A DNA stretch of 64,000 bases, from NCBI GenBank assembly GCA_031414535.1, contig JANNVQ010000029.1, positions 160,001 to 224,000 of the forward strand, written 5' to 3'. A program made the translations under genes and the position numbers. A model generated the notes under the pieces. The model worked only from the letters and a program-made list of their open reading frames with translations. It made no database searches and was not told the origin of the DNA. Each line of letters opens with the position of its first letter. The first letter of the stretch is position 1. Shown here piece after piece: positions 28,037 through 37,330 of this stretch. The stretch is from Gemmatimonas sp. Its GTDB lineage: Bacteria > Gemmatimonadota > Gemmatimonadetes > Gemmatimonadales > Gemmatimonadaceae.

Positions 28037-29506
28037 TTATGCTCCTCCCACAATCGCTTCAGCCTCAATCTCCACCATGTACTCGTCGCCGATGAGCCCC
28101 GCACACACCATCGTATTTGCCGGTTGAATGCCAGCAAAGCGCACACCGTGCGCCCGCGCGACTGGCTCCCAGTGCGCAATGTTCGAGACGTAGATGTGCG
28201 TGCGCACCACGTCCTCCAGCCGCCCGCCGAGCGACTCAATCGCGCCGGCAATCTTGTCAATCACAAAGTGCGTCTGCGCCGCTGGGTCGCTGCCGCCAAT
28301 CACACGCTCCCCGTGCGTCGCCGTCGTGCCCGACACCATGATGCGATCTCCAACGCGCACCGCGCGTGAATAGCCGGCGAGTGACTCCCACGCCGTGCCC
28401 GACAACGCACGACGCCGGCCGTCAGCATCCACACGCACTGGGTACGGCGCCGGGAACCCGTCCACGTGGTGACTGAGGTCGCCGCTGGCCGTGAGGTACG
28501 GCGGCTTCCGATACTCGTCGCCGCAGTCACCGCTGATGGGTTGCAGCGTGGCGAGTACCTCAGCCAGTTCCTGGCGGTCAGTTGCGCTCAGGCGAAGCGC
28601 ATCAATGCGCGCATTGTCTTCAATGTGCGCGCTTTGCCCCAATCGTGCGCCAACAATAACTCCGCCCACGGCAGGCGCATCGAGAATCACCCGCGCAGCG
28701 ACATTCGCGATGGACGCATCGTGGCGATCGGCCACGGCGCGCGCCACGCGCAAAACACGTTGCAAGGCATCCCAACCACCGGCCGCGCGGATAAATCTCC
28801 CGTACTTCATCTGCGACCAGGTCTCGAGCGCATCCCAATCAGGCTCATCGCGCCCCAACCAGCGATCCGAAAGAAATCCGCCAGCCAGCGTGCCAAACGC
28901 GAGCAGCGCGATGCCCTTGGACTCGCAGTACTCCGCCATCGCGCCGGCGGCACGCTGGTCGAGAAGGGAATAGCAGAGCTGGTTGCTGACAATGGGCACG
29001 CCACTCTCGACAATCAAGCGCAGGTGCGCCGTGTCGGTGTTGGTAACGCCCAAGTGTCGAATCAATCCCTCGCGACGCAACTCGTCGAGGTAGAACATCG
29101 CATCCAACCAACTCGGATGCGTGTACGCCCACGCGTGGAACTGCAGCAAATCTATCTGTGACACGTTCATTCGCGTCCGCGCACGGTCAACGGCGGCTCG
29201 CACTTGTTCGCGCGTGATGGGACCCGGCTCGGGCACCCACTTCGTGAGCGTCTCGATGGCCGGCCCCACCGAATTCGCGCGGTAGTGGCCGACGATATCC
29301 TCCGCCGAGCCGTAGTGGTCCGCCATATCAAACGTGGTGAATCCGGCGGCGGCGTACGGCAGAAGCGACTTTGCGGCTTCGTCACGCGGGAGCAGTTGGC
29401 CGCTGCGTTCGAGATCTGCGACCTGCCAGAGCCCCGTCAGTACTCGGGTAATCGACAGGTCTGCAGCCAAGGCGTATCGCGACGGCGTGCGCGTTGGGGC
29501 GTTCAT
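28037..29506 (-). CDS. Aldo/keto reductase fused to a C-terminal Rid (YjgF/YER057c/UK114) domain
   Basis: AKR tetrad in FDMADHY, TKW, LQFH; C-terminal SGTAWESLAGYSRAVRVGDRIMVSGTT...VEIEAEA. Confidence 0.9.
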   Translation of the reverse strand: MNAPTRTPSRYALAADLSITRVLTGLWQVADLERSGQLLPRDEAAKSLLPYAAAGFTTFDMADHYGSAEDIVGHYRANSVGPAIETLTKWVPEPGPITREQVRAAVDRARTRMNVSQIDLLQFHAWAYTHPSWLDAMFYLDELRREGLIRHLGVTNTDTAHLRLIVESGVPIVSNQLCYSLLDQRAAGAMAEYCESKGIALLAFGTLAGGFLSDRWLGRDEPDWDALETWSQMKYGRFIRAAGGWDALQRVLRVARAVADRHDASIANVAARVILDAPAVGGVIVGARLGQSAHIEDNARIDALRLSATDRQELAEVLATLQPISGDCGDEYRKPPYLTASGDLSHHVDGFPAPYPVRVDADGRRRALSGTAWESLAGYSRAVRVGDRIMVSGTTATHGERVIGGSDPAAQTHFVIDKIAGAIESLGGRLEDVVRTHIYVSNIAHWEPVARAHGVRFAGIQPANTMVCAGLIGDEYMVEIEAEAIVGGA

Positions 29507-29533
29507 AGAATGAGCGTCTGAAGGTGCACTGGC

Positions 29534-31015
29534 TTACTCAGGTGGAAGCGTGGAGAATCGCTCTGCCAGCGAGACACCCGACCGCTCAAGGGCCGCGACC
29601 TCGCGCTGATAGATCAGCGTCCCAACCGCCATCACCAGCAGCCAGACCGGCGTGGAGCGGAAGTACCAGGCATCAACCGACGCCGTAAGGTCCTTCCACA
29701 CGTGCACCGTCAAAAAGAGCAACAACACGAGCACGCCTGACGCGGCTACGCCTGTGCGCAACACGGGACTGCTAATCACCTTCATATCAGCCGCCAACAC
29801 CGGGTTCGTGCGCGGCAGCGCAATCACCGAGACGCACATCAGCAGGAAGTTGACGAGCATCGAGACCACTAGCAGGTCAACGCCGAGGAAAAAGTCGCCG
29901 GCGAGGTGGCTGCCGAGGATACCGACGCTGGCCATCAATCCGCTGGCGACAATTGCTGCCACGGGCGTACGCCGAACAGGATGAATCATCCCAACTCGTT
30001 TGGGAAAGATGCCGTCCTCCGCCCACGCAAACATCAAGCGGGAGACTGAGAGAATCATCGCCGGAAGATCGTTCGTCAGGGCAATCGCCGCGCCGGCCAC
30101 GATGAGCACGGTGAACGTGGGGTCGAGCAGGTAGCCGAGTAGCCCCGGCGCGGTGAGATCGCGCGTGCCCGCTTCGGCAGCGACGAACCACCACGGCACC
30201 GTATTGTAGACGGCCCCAGCAAACGCGAAGTAGAACGTCGCGGTCACCAAGACGGCGACACCGATGGCGCGCGGTAAGTCGCGGGCTGGATGCCGCGCTT
30301 CACCGCCTGCCTGCGCAATCGCATCGAATCCGATAAAACTCGAGAAGAGCACCGCCGACGCCGACAAGAACGTGCGAAGATTAAACGGCGCGCTTGGCTC
30401 AGCGCCTAGGGTACGCTGCTCCTTGGCCAGCAGTGCCGCGGTGAAATCATCGTGGGAGAACGACCATCCCACCACAATCACAATCAAGCCGGCAAGGAAC
30501 ATCAACACCATCAAGGGGATCAGCGTTTTCTGATACGCGCCAAGGCCCCGCATGTTCACTAGCACGAATCCCCAGAGGAATGCCATCGCCAACGCGACGC
30601 GTGCCCAGCCGTGCTGTAGCATAACCGCGAGGTCGGCAAACCCAGAGGCGCTTGCGATGTCACTGAGGAACGCAGGGATGATGTACGACACCACGCCAAT
30701 GGCAATCGAGAGCCCGAACCATTGTGAGAACGAGGCCACGAACCCGAGGTAGGGGTTGAGCGCACGGCTGGCGTACAAGTAGCTGCCGCCGGCGCGCGGC
30801 ATCGCCGAGGCGAGTATTGCGTAACAGAGCGCGGCAAGCAGTGCCGGAACGGCTGCGAACGCGAACGCCGGCAACACCCAGGGGCCAATGCCCGGGACGT
30901 TCCGTTGAATCATGATTGGCACGACGTTGATCGAGGCTCCGATCATCGAGCAGATACCGGTGGCCGCGAGACCGAGCAGCCCGAGGTCGCGAGCGAGACG
31001 CGGAGACGAGGTCAT
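29534..31015 (-). CDS. APC-family amino acid permease
   Basis: GGAG RBS; MIGASI, MPRAGGSYLY, FIGFDAIAQAGGEARHP, SRLMFAWAEDG; about 12 TM helices. Confidence 0.92.
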   Translation of the reverse strand: MTSSPRLARDLGLLGLAATGICSMIGASINVVPIMIQRNVPGIGPWVLPAFAFAAVPALLAALCYAILASAMPRAGGSYLYASRALNPYLGFVASFSQWFGLSIAIGVVSYIIPAFLSDIASASGFADLAVMLQHGWARVALAMAFLWGFVLVNMRGLGAYQKTLIPLMVLMFLAGLIVIVVGWSFSHDDFTAALLAKEQRTLGAEPSAPFNLRTFLSASAVLFSSFIGFDAIAQAGGEARHPARDLPRAIGVAVLVTATFYFAFAGAVYNTVPWWFVAAEAGTRDLTAPGLLGYLLDPTFTVLIVAGAAIALTNDLPAMILSVSRLMFAWAEDGIFPKRVGMIHPVRRTPVAAIVASGLMASVGILGSHLAGDFFLGVDLLVVSMLVNFLLMCVSVIALPRTNPVLAADMKVISSPVLRTGVAASGVLVLLLFLTVHVWKDLTASVDAWYFRSTPVWLLVMAVGTLIYQREVAALERSGVSLAERFSTLPPE

Positions 31016-31043
31016 GAAATCTCCGTCAATCCAAGGATTGCGA

Positions 31044-32759
31044 TCACGGGCGCGGCGGAAGCGGCGTGCTACGGGCAAGGTCCTTCACCATCCGGTCGTC
31101 ACCCGTGAGTTCCCAGTAGATGAGCGAGGCAGGGATCATCCCGGCGCCGTTCACTTCCTCAAAGAAGCGCTGCATGGTGAATGCCGAGCCGAGTTGGCGC
31201 GCGCGTTGGGCCATCGCCTCTTCCATGAGGCGACCACCGGTCACGTACGCTGCTCCGTAGCCGGGTTGACGCAAATACAGATGCTGCTCAAAGCCGAGCA
31301 GGGGATCGCGGCGCATCCAGCCGCGCGGTGTCCACGCCACGTGGAAGTCGGCCGCCTCGGCCATCGTATACTCATTGCTGTGCGCGTAGAGATTGCCCAG
31401 TCCACGCGCCGCGCGCGCGGACAGCATGATCCACACGATCTCGCGCGAGCGCGGGCTGTTGTCGTAGAGCCCCGCGTGCATCATCCACTCTTCCATCACC
31501 GTAGCCATGCCCTCGGCGCGGCTCATCCACACGTTGTAAAGCAGCGGCGACCGCCGAATGGGGCTGGGGTGCGGCGCGACGCGAATCCGCATGTTGTCCC
31601 ACCAGTGCCACAGGTGGCTCCAGAGCGGGAGCGGGTCGCGGTGGTTACCCTGCGCGAAGAAGTTGCGGGTCGCCTCTGGTGCGAACGGTTGCATACGCTC
31701 ACGAAGCGCACGCTCAAACCAAGGTTCAACGGTGGTGAACTTCTTGTCAGCGAGGAAACGCATCATCTGCGCGATGGCTCGCTCCTGAAGTGCGGCGTAG
31801 GCCTCGGGCGTCTCAGCTACCGGCATCGGCGGCAGTGCGGCATTGCGCGTCTCCTCGAGCCGCAGCGACGCGTGCGAGCGCATCAACTCACGCCGCGTGA
31901 TGGTGACCTCATCCTCCCACGAGAACGGCATGAGCAGGACGTTTCTCAGATACCATGAGTACTGCTCCTTGCCGATGCCCGAGGGACCGGTGCGCTTGGG
32001 CGTCTCGTCGCGGAGCCACTGCGCGAAGTCAACGGTGCTACGGTGTGCGGCGTCGATGGCGCGCGTCAGGTCTGCAGAGGTCCCTGCGACCTTGGTGCGC
32101 AACTGTTCGAGTACCTCGGCTTGCTCTTCAAACGCGCGAACGCCGCCCACCCAGAGGTCGCGAGCGGTCGAGTTCGCCAGATTGACGCGCGCCTGCCGCA
32201 ACAGCGGCGGCACGGAGCGCAATTCGACGGTGAGTCGCGCTGCTTCCTCAGCGGTGAGCGCGCGCGGCGTGTCGAGCACGGTGCGCGGCCACACGGGATA
32301 CTTCCAGAGCCGGACGGCGCCGTGAATGGTTGGGCCCTCTTCAGCCGGTGTGTCGCTCTCGTCAGCGCGCACGGAGGCGTAGTACGCCGGATCGCGCGCG
32401 AAGGGCTGCAGCACCGTGAGGTGATACTGCATGCCGTTCATCTCAGCGCGCGCGAGATGCAAGTCCACCTGCTCCGGGATGGACCAACCGGAGGTGTCAA
32501 CCGCGGCCAGACGCGCTTGGAATTCCTTCAGGCCGGTGAGTCGGCGCGCGTTGGTTGGCGGCGAGTAGTCGGGCGCGCCGTCCACACGGGGCGGCTCCTC
32601 AAAGCTGCGCCAACTGCTAAATAGCGTGACGAGCTGCGGGTAGGTTGCGCTCGCGGCACGCGCGGGCGCCTGCGCTCCCAGCGGCGCCGTGGCCGACAGG
32701 GCGAATGCACCGGCAAACAAGAACGGGACGATCGCGGAGAGGCTGAGGTGTCGGTTCAT
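31044..32759 (-). CDS. DUF885-family exported protein
   Basis: Signal peptide; QARVNL, GIGKEQYSWYL, AEGMAT..EE, YLRQPGYGAAYVTG. Confidence 0.75.
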   Translation of the reverse strand: MNRHLSLSAIVPFLFAGAFALSATAPLGAQAPARAASATYPQLVTLFSSWRSFEEPPRVDGAPDYSPPTNARRLTGLKEFQARLAAVDTSGWSIPEQVDLHLARAEMNGMQYHLTVLQPFARDPAYYASVRADESDTPAEEGPTIHGAVRLWKYPVWPRTVLDTPRALTAEEAARLTVELRSVPPLLRQARVNLANSTARDLWVGGVRAFEEQAEVLEQLRTKVAGTSADLTRAIDAAHRSTVDFAQWLRDETPKRTGPSGIGKEQYSWYLRNVLLMPFSWEDEVTITRRELMRSHASLRLEETRNAALPPMPVAETPEAYAALQERAIAQMMRFLADKKFTTVEPWFERALRERMQPFAPEATRNFFAQGNHRDPLPLWSHLWHWWDNMRIRVAPHPSPIRRSPLLYNVWMSRAEGMATVMEEWMMHAGLYDNSPRSREIVWIMLSARAARGLGNLYAHSNEYTMAEAADFHVAWTPRGWMRRDPLLGFEQHLYLRQPGYGAAYVTGGRLMEEAMAQRARQLGSAFTMQRFFEEVNGAGMIPASLIYWELTGDDRMVKDLARSTPLPPRP

Positions 32760-32814
32760 ACTGCCGAATATGCCTCAGCCGACGCTCCGCGACCATCCTT
32801 GTGGCCTTGCTATC

Positions 32815-35800
32815 TCATGGAACGGGTGGTGCCGGCGGCAAGAGGATGGCCGGCAGTCTTAGGCCCGCCACCGCCGCGTTCACCGCCGCCACATCGCGAT
32901 TCACGATTGTTAGCCACTCCTGACGGAGGCGCTCCCAAGTTACCGCCAGCTCGCGATACCGCTCCATCGCGCCCGCCGTCGGCGCGCCCTCGGCACCGCC
33001 AGAGATGTAGCCGTGTGCCCCGGTGAGGTTGCCGTAGAGTTCCGCCCATTGGTTATCGAGCATGCCGGCGTGGCGAATCGGATCCTGCCCACTCTTGCTG
33101 GCTGGCTGCGTGAGCCGCTGTTCAAGGCGGCCGAGTTTCATCTGCAGCGTGTCGGTGAGAGGCCAAACTTCGGTCGCTGCACCAACGGCATCGGCGGCGC
33201 TGCGGAGGCGTGCTTGCTGCGCCCGAACGTCGCGCAAATCTCGGAGCACTCTGTTCAACGACTCCATCGAATCGCGCACGGCCACTGCCATACGGAACTG
33301 CTCGGCGTACTGCGCGGCCGTCACATTCGGCAACCGAGGGTCGGGCAGCACGCGCATAGTCCGACGCTCCGTCACCGAGCCCGCCCGCAGCTCAAGTGTG
33401 TAGTCTCCCGGCGGCGCCTTCACGCCATCGGTGTATCCCCAGACGACGACGCTATCCAAGCGACTAGGACCTGGATACTTGAGGTCCCACACCAGACGGT
33501 GGAGTCCCTTGGTGGTGGCGAGCCGCGGCTGACCCAGCTTTCGCGCCCGCGCGCTGTCCGGCGTGAAGCGGCGCACGACGGTGCCACGCGCATCGCGAAT
33601 CTCCAGCGACAGCGTGGAGTCCGCTGCTGCGCCGAGCCAGTAGTGCACCGCGGCACCGTCATCTGGCTGATCGGCGAGTTGCGGCACAGGGTCAAAGGGA
33701 TCTACTCCACGCTGTGCGCGCACCGCGTCCTGCGGTGGCACGAGCCGCGCCGGCGCCGACGCAAATGCTGACACGTCGCGCAGTGCACTCAAGTCATCAA
33801 TGATCCACAGCGAGCGACCCTGCGTGGCCATCACAAGATCGTCCACGCGGGCGTCGATGTCGGCAATCGGCGTGACGGGGAGGCGTCCCGGAAACTTCTG
33901 CCAGCGCGCTCCGGCATCGAGCGACACGAACAATCCGTACTCGGTGCCCGCGTAGAGGAGATTCGGTACGCGCACATCCTCGGCAAACGACCGCAGAGGA
34001 TGGTCCGCCGGAATGCCGTCCGCAGTGTTGGCCAACTGCCGCCAGCTCCGCCCCCCGTCATCGCTGCGGAATAGGTAGGGCCGGAAATCATCGAGCCGGT
34101 ACGCCTGCGCCGCCACGTACACGCGCTGCGGCAAATGGCGCGACACGACGATCTCCTCAACCGTGCCGAAGCGCGGCATCCCCGGCGGCGTCACATCAGT
34201 CCATGTTGCGCCGGCGTCGCGTGTGACGTGCACGCGTCCGTCGTCACTGCCCGCCCAGAGGCTGCGCGCATCGCGCGAGTCCTCAGCCAAGGCGAACACC
34301 GTGTTGTACATCTCTACGCCGGTGATGTCGCGGTTAATTGGCCCACCACTGTGTACTTGGTGCGCCGCCGTGTTGGTGGTGAGGTCCGGCGAGATCTGCT
34401 CCCAACGCATGCCGCCGTCGCGGGTGCGGAGGACCACCTGCGACGCGTGGTACACCGTGTTCGCATCGTGCTGCGAAACGAGAATCGGCGCCACCCACTG
34501 GAACCGATGCTTCAGTTCGTTGCCGGCCTGCCCCAGCTGCAGCTGCGGATACGCCACCACGTTGCGCCGTTCGTCTGTTGCGGTATCCCAACGGTTGATG
34601 GCGCCGCCATAGCAGCCGCCCCAGATGATGCGAGGGTTCGCTCGGTCGAGCGCCACTGGGCCCGTCTCGCAGCCCGCGGCGTAGTTGTAGTCGGTAAACG
34701 GATGCAACGAATGCGGTGACGACCACGCCGGCACGCTGATCGTCGTATTGTCCTGCTGCGCCGTGTACGCGCGGTAGGGAAACGCGTTGTCTGTAATGAC
34801 GTCATAAAACTCCGACGTCGGCTGGTTCCAATACGTGGACCAGGTGCGTCCGCGGTTCACCGACACCTGTGCGCCGCCGTCATTGGCCACCACCATCGCC
34901 TGCTTGTTCGCCGGGTTAATCCACAGGTCGTGCACGTCACCATGCGGCACGGGAACGTTCACGAAGGTGCGTCCGCCATCAATGGACTTGAGCAGTGACG
35001 TGTTCAACACGTACACCACGTTCTCGTCGGTTGGGTCAGCGCGGATATGCGTGTAGTACCACGCACGCTGGCGCAGTCCGTTGTCGCTGTTGGTACGCGC
35101 CCAGGTCTGGCCGCCGTCGTCGCTGCGGTACACGCCGCCTGCCGGCTCCGCTTCGATGATGGCATACACGCGATCGGGATTCGCCGGCGATACGCTGAGC
35201 CCAATCTTCCCCACCATTCCGGTGGGAAGCCCGCCGCCGAGTTTGGTCCAGGTGTCGCCGCCGTCTGCGGAGCGCCAGACGCCGCCTTCTGAGGAGCCTG
35301 AGATGAGCGTCCACGGCTTACGCTCAGCGCGCCACATGGCGGCGAAGAGAATCCGTGGATTCCGTGGATTCATCGCGATGTCGGAAGCGCCCGTCGAATC
35401 GTTCAAGAACAGCACCTTCTGCCACGACGTCCCGCCGTCCTTGGTGCGGTAGATGCCGCGCTCGGCGTTGCGACCAAACGGCCGTCCCAACACGGCGGCG
35501 TAGGCTACAGCGGCATCACTCGGATGCACGACGATGCGCCCAATCTGACCAGACTCCACGAGCGGCATCCGCGACCAGTTGCGGCCGGCATCGGTAGAGC
35601 GCCACGCGCCGCGGCCCTGCGAGGAATTTCCGCGGATGTCAATGGAACCCTCGCCGACGTACATCACGTTGGGATCGCTCGGCGCAACCGCCACCGCGCC
35701 GATGGCGCCACCGAAGAACCGATCCGAGATGTTCTGCCACGTATGGCCCGCGTCGTCGGTGCGCCACACACCGCCGCCCGTCGTCCCCATATAGAAAGTG

Positions 35801-36024
35801 TTCGGCTCGGAGGCGACGCCCGTTACTGATGTTGAGCGGCCCCCGCGAAACGGTCCGAGCATGCGCACGCGCATCGCCGACATCGCCAGGGATTCCGCGG
35901 CGACGACTGGCGTAGCTGCGAGCGCACTCGTGGTTGCTGGCGGAGTGCGTCGCTGCGCGGGAGCGACGGCGGGGAGCAGTAGCGTGGCGCAGATAGCTAG
36001 GAGGCGATACATGGGTCGCGTCAT
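32815..36024 (-). CDS. VPS10/sortilin-like BNR-repeat exported protein
   Basis: GPFRGGRS; many SxDGGxTW Asp-box repeats; HGDVHDLW; ATQGRSLWIIDD. Confidence 0.9.
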   Translation of the reverse strand: MTRPMYRLLAICATLLLPAVAPAQRRTPPATTSALAATPVVAAESLAMSAMRVRMLGPFRGGRSTSVTGVASEPNTFYMGTTGGGVWRTDDAGHTWQNISDRFFGGAIGAVAVAPSDPNVMYVGEGSIDIRGNSSQGRGAWRSTDAGRNWSRMPLVESGQIGRIVVHPSDAAVAYAAVLGRPFGRNAERGIYRTKDGGTSWQKVLFLNDSTGASDIAMNPRNPRILFAAMWRAERKPWTLISGSSEGGVWRSADGGDTWTKLGGGLPTGMVGKIGLSVSPANPDRVYAIIEAEPAGGVYRSDDGGQTWARTNSDNGLRQRAWYYTHIRADPTDENVVYVLNTSLLKSIDGGRTFVNVPVPHGDVHDLWINPANKQAMVVANDGGAQVSVNRGRTWSTYWNQPTSEFYDVITDNAFPYRAYTAQQDNTTISVPAWSSPHSLHPFTDYNYAAGCETGPVALDRANPRIIWGGCYGGAINRWDTATDERRNVVAYPQLQLGQAGNELKHRFQWVAPILVSQHDANTVYHASQVVLRTRDGGMRWEQISPDLTTNTAAHQVHSGGPINRDITGVEMYNTVFALAEDSRDARSLWAGSDDGRVHVTRDAGATWTDVTPPGMPRFGTVEEIVVSRHLPQRVYVAAQAYRLDDFRPYLFRSDDGGRSWRQLANTADGIPADHPLRSFAEDVRVPNLLYAGTEYGLFVSLDAGARWQKFPGRLPVTPIADIDARVDDLVMATQGRSLWIIDDLSALRDVSAFASAPARLVPPQDAVRAQRGVDPFDPVPQLADQPDDGAAVHYWLGAAADSTLSLEIRDARGTVVRRFTPDSARARKLGQPRLATTKGLHRLVWDLKYPGPSRLDSVVVWGYTDGVKAPPGDYTLELRAGSVTERRTMRVLPDPRLPNVTAAQYAEQFRMAVAVRDSMESLNRVLRDLRDVRAQQARLRSAADAVGAATEVWPLTDTLQMKLGRLEQRLTQPASKSGQDPIRHAGMLDNQWAELYGNLTGAHGYISGGAEGAPTAGAMERYRELAVTWERLRQEWLTIVNRDVAAVNAAVAGLRLPAILLPPAPPVP

Positions 36025-36083
36025 TGGTGGGGACTAAGGAAAATTGCGTACATCAATCGTGCGTGATCGAACAAGATGTGCTG

Positions 36084-36917
36084 CTATCGCTCCGCCTTCC
36101 ACGCATCGTAGCGCATGCGCAGTGTCTTCACCGGATTGGCGAACTCCTCGCGGGTGATGTTCTCGTCGGTCACGTCAATCACCTTCACGTAGGTGCCGTT
36201 GTTGTACGACGCACCATCTGTCGAGGTTCTGTCGGCAATCGCAATGTAGGCCACGTGGGCGGTGCGCTGCGTGCACGCGTTCACGGTTTCTGGCACCGGC
36301 GGCGTCGTGCAGGTGCAACGGCGATCGCCTCCAGCAGCGTCGGCGGCCTCCATCGCGGCCATGACGCGATCTTCCAACTCACCACTGGCTCCCTCAAACG
36401 CCCGCACCGCCGACTGCACCACCTCGTTGGACGCCAGAATGTTGCCTTGAATAGCGTAGAAGATTTCGGTTCCGGGAACCTGCCCCTGCACGGAGAGTGA
36501 GGCGGCGAGATTGCGGGCGCCTGAGAATCCGGCTACGCGCCCCTGCAAATCAATGATCCCAAACTGCCGCGTTTGAATGCCAGGGTCCGTCATCAACTGC
36601 GCAAGGATTTCTGAGGGATGCGTGCCCTTTCTCAATTCGCCGTGAATCAACGATTGATTGGCGCGCGTGCGGTCCACGCCGGCTTGAGCTGCGGCCACGC
36701 CAAATCCTGGTGCGATGATAGCCTGTACGTCCATCAGCCCGCTCGACGGGAAACCCCGCAACGCAGTCTGCGAAACACAGGTGGCGGAAGAGACGACCAT
36801 GCGCCCTGTCGCGCGGTTGAGAGCAACCACCGACCACGTGGCGTGGGCCAGCGAGGGAGCACTCGCAAGTGTCAGGACCGCCGCGATTACGGCGCGAAGA
36901 GCAGAGAGATGACGCAT
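36084..36917 (-). CDS. DUF1028-family Ntn-hydrolase-like exported protein
   Basis: GAGG RBS before ATG 36917; signal AHA|TWSVVA; RQFGIID, QGNILA, AMEAADAAGGDRRC. Confidence 0.85.
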   Translation of the reverse strand: MRHLSALRAVIAAVLTLASAPSLAHATWSVVALNRATGRMVVSSATCVSQTALRGFPSSGLMDVQAIIAPGFGVAAAQAGVDRTRANQSLIHGELRKGTHPSEILAQLMTDPGIQTRQFGIIDLQGRVAGFSGARNLAASLSVQGQVPGTEIFYAIQGNILASNEVVQSAVRAFEGASGELEDRVMAAMEAADAAGGDRRCTCTTPPVPETVNACTQRTAHVAYIAIADRTSTDGASYNNGTYVKVIDVTDENITREEFANPVKTLRMRYDAWKAER

Positions 36918-36985
36918 CGGGTTCCTCAGGAGGTTCGACAACAGGGGAGTCTACGAGGTCGGCCCCTTCGCCGCCAATAGCCCAC

Positions 36986-37013
36986 TTGACGCCCAGCTCC
37001 CAAACGGTACGCT
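36986..37013 (+). promoter_or_regulatory. Sigma70-like promoter TTGACG-N16-TACGCT
   Basis: Near-consensus -35 and -10 hexamers in the intergenic region upstream of the livF-like remnant. Confidence 0.5.
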
Positions 37014-37082
37014 CGGACGGTTCAAACCCGCCCTGCACGTGCCTGCACTAAGCAACGCCGCCGAGCAACTCCGATCCGTTCG

Positions 37083-37220
37083 GTGCGGAATCTCGAGGTC
37101 GTCTACGGCGACGTGATCCTCGCGCTGCGCGGTGTGCGCCTCGATGTGGGTCGCGACCGAATCGTCGCCTTGCTCGGGGCCAATGGTGCGGGGAAGACCT
37201 CCATACTCCGCGCCGTCCAT
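37083..37220 (+). pseudogene. Truncated LivF-like ABC ATPase remnant
   Basis: VRNLEVVYGDVILALRGVRLDVGRDRIVALLGANGAGKTSILRA (Walker A), then unrelated sequence to a stop at 37334; no signature or Walker B motif, no partner genes. Confidence 0.8.
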
Positions 37221-37330
37221 TGTCCGACGCTGGAGGATTTGCCGGCCCAAACCGCGCCGCGCTCGCGGCCGGCGCAATGGCCGACGAGTTCAAGCGAACG
37301 CCGCGCTGAGTTTCACGGGCGTTCGCATAG

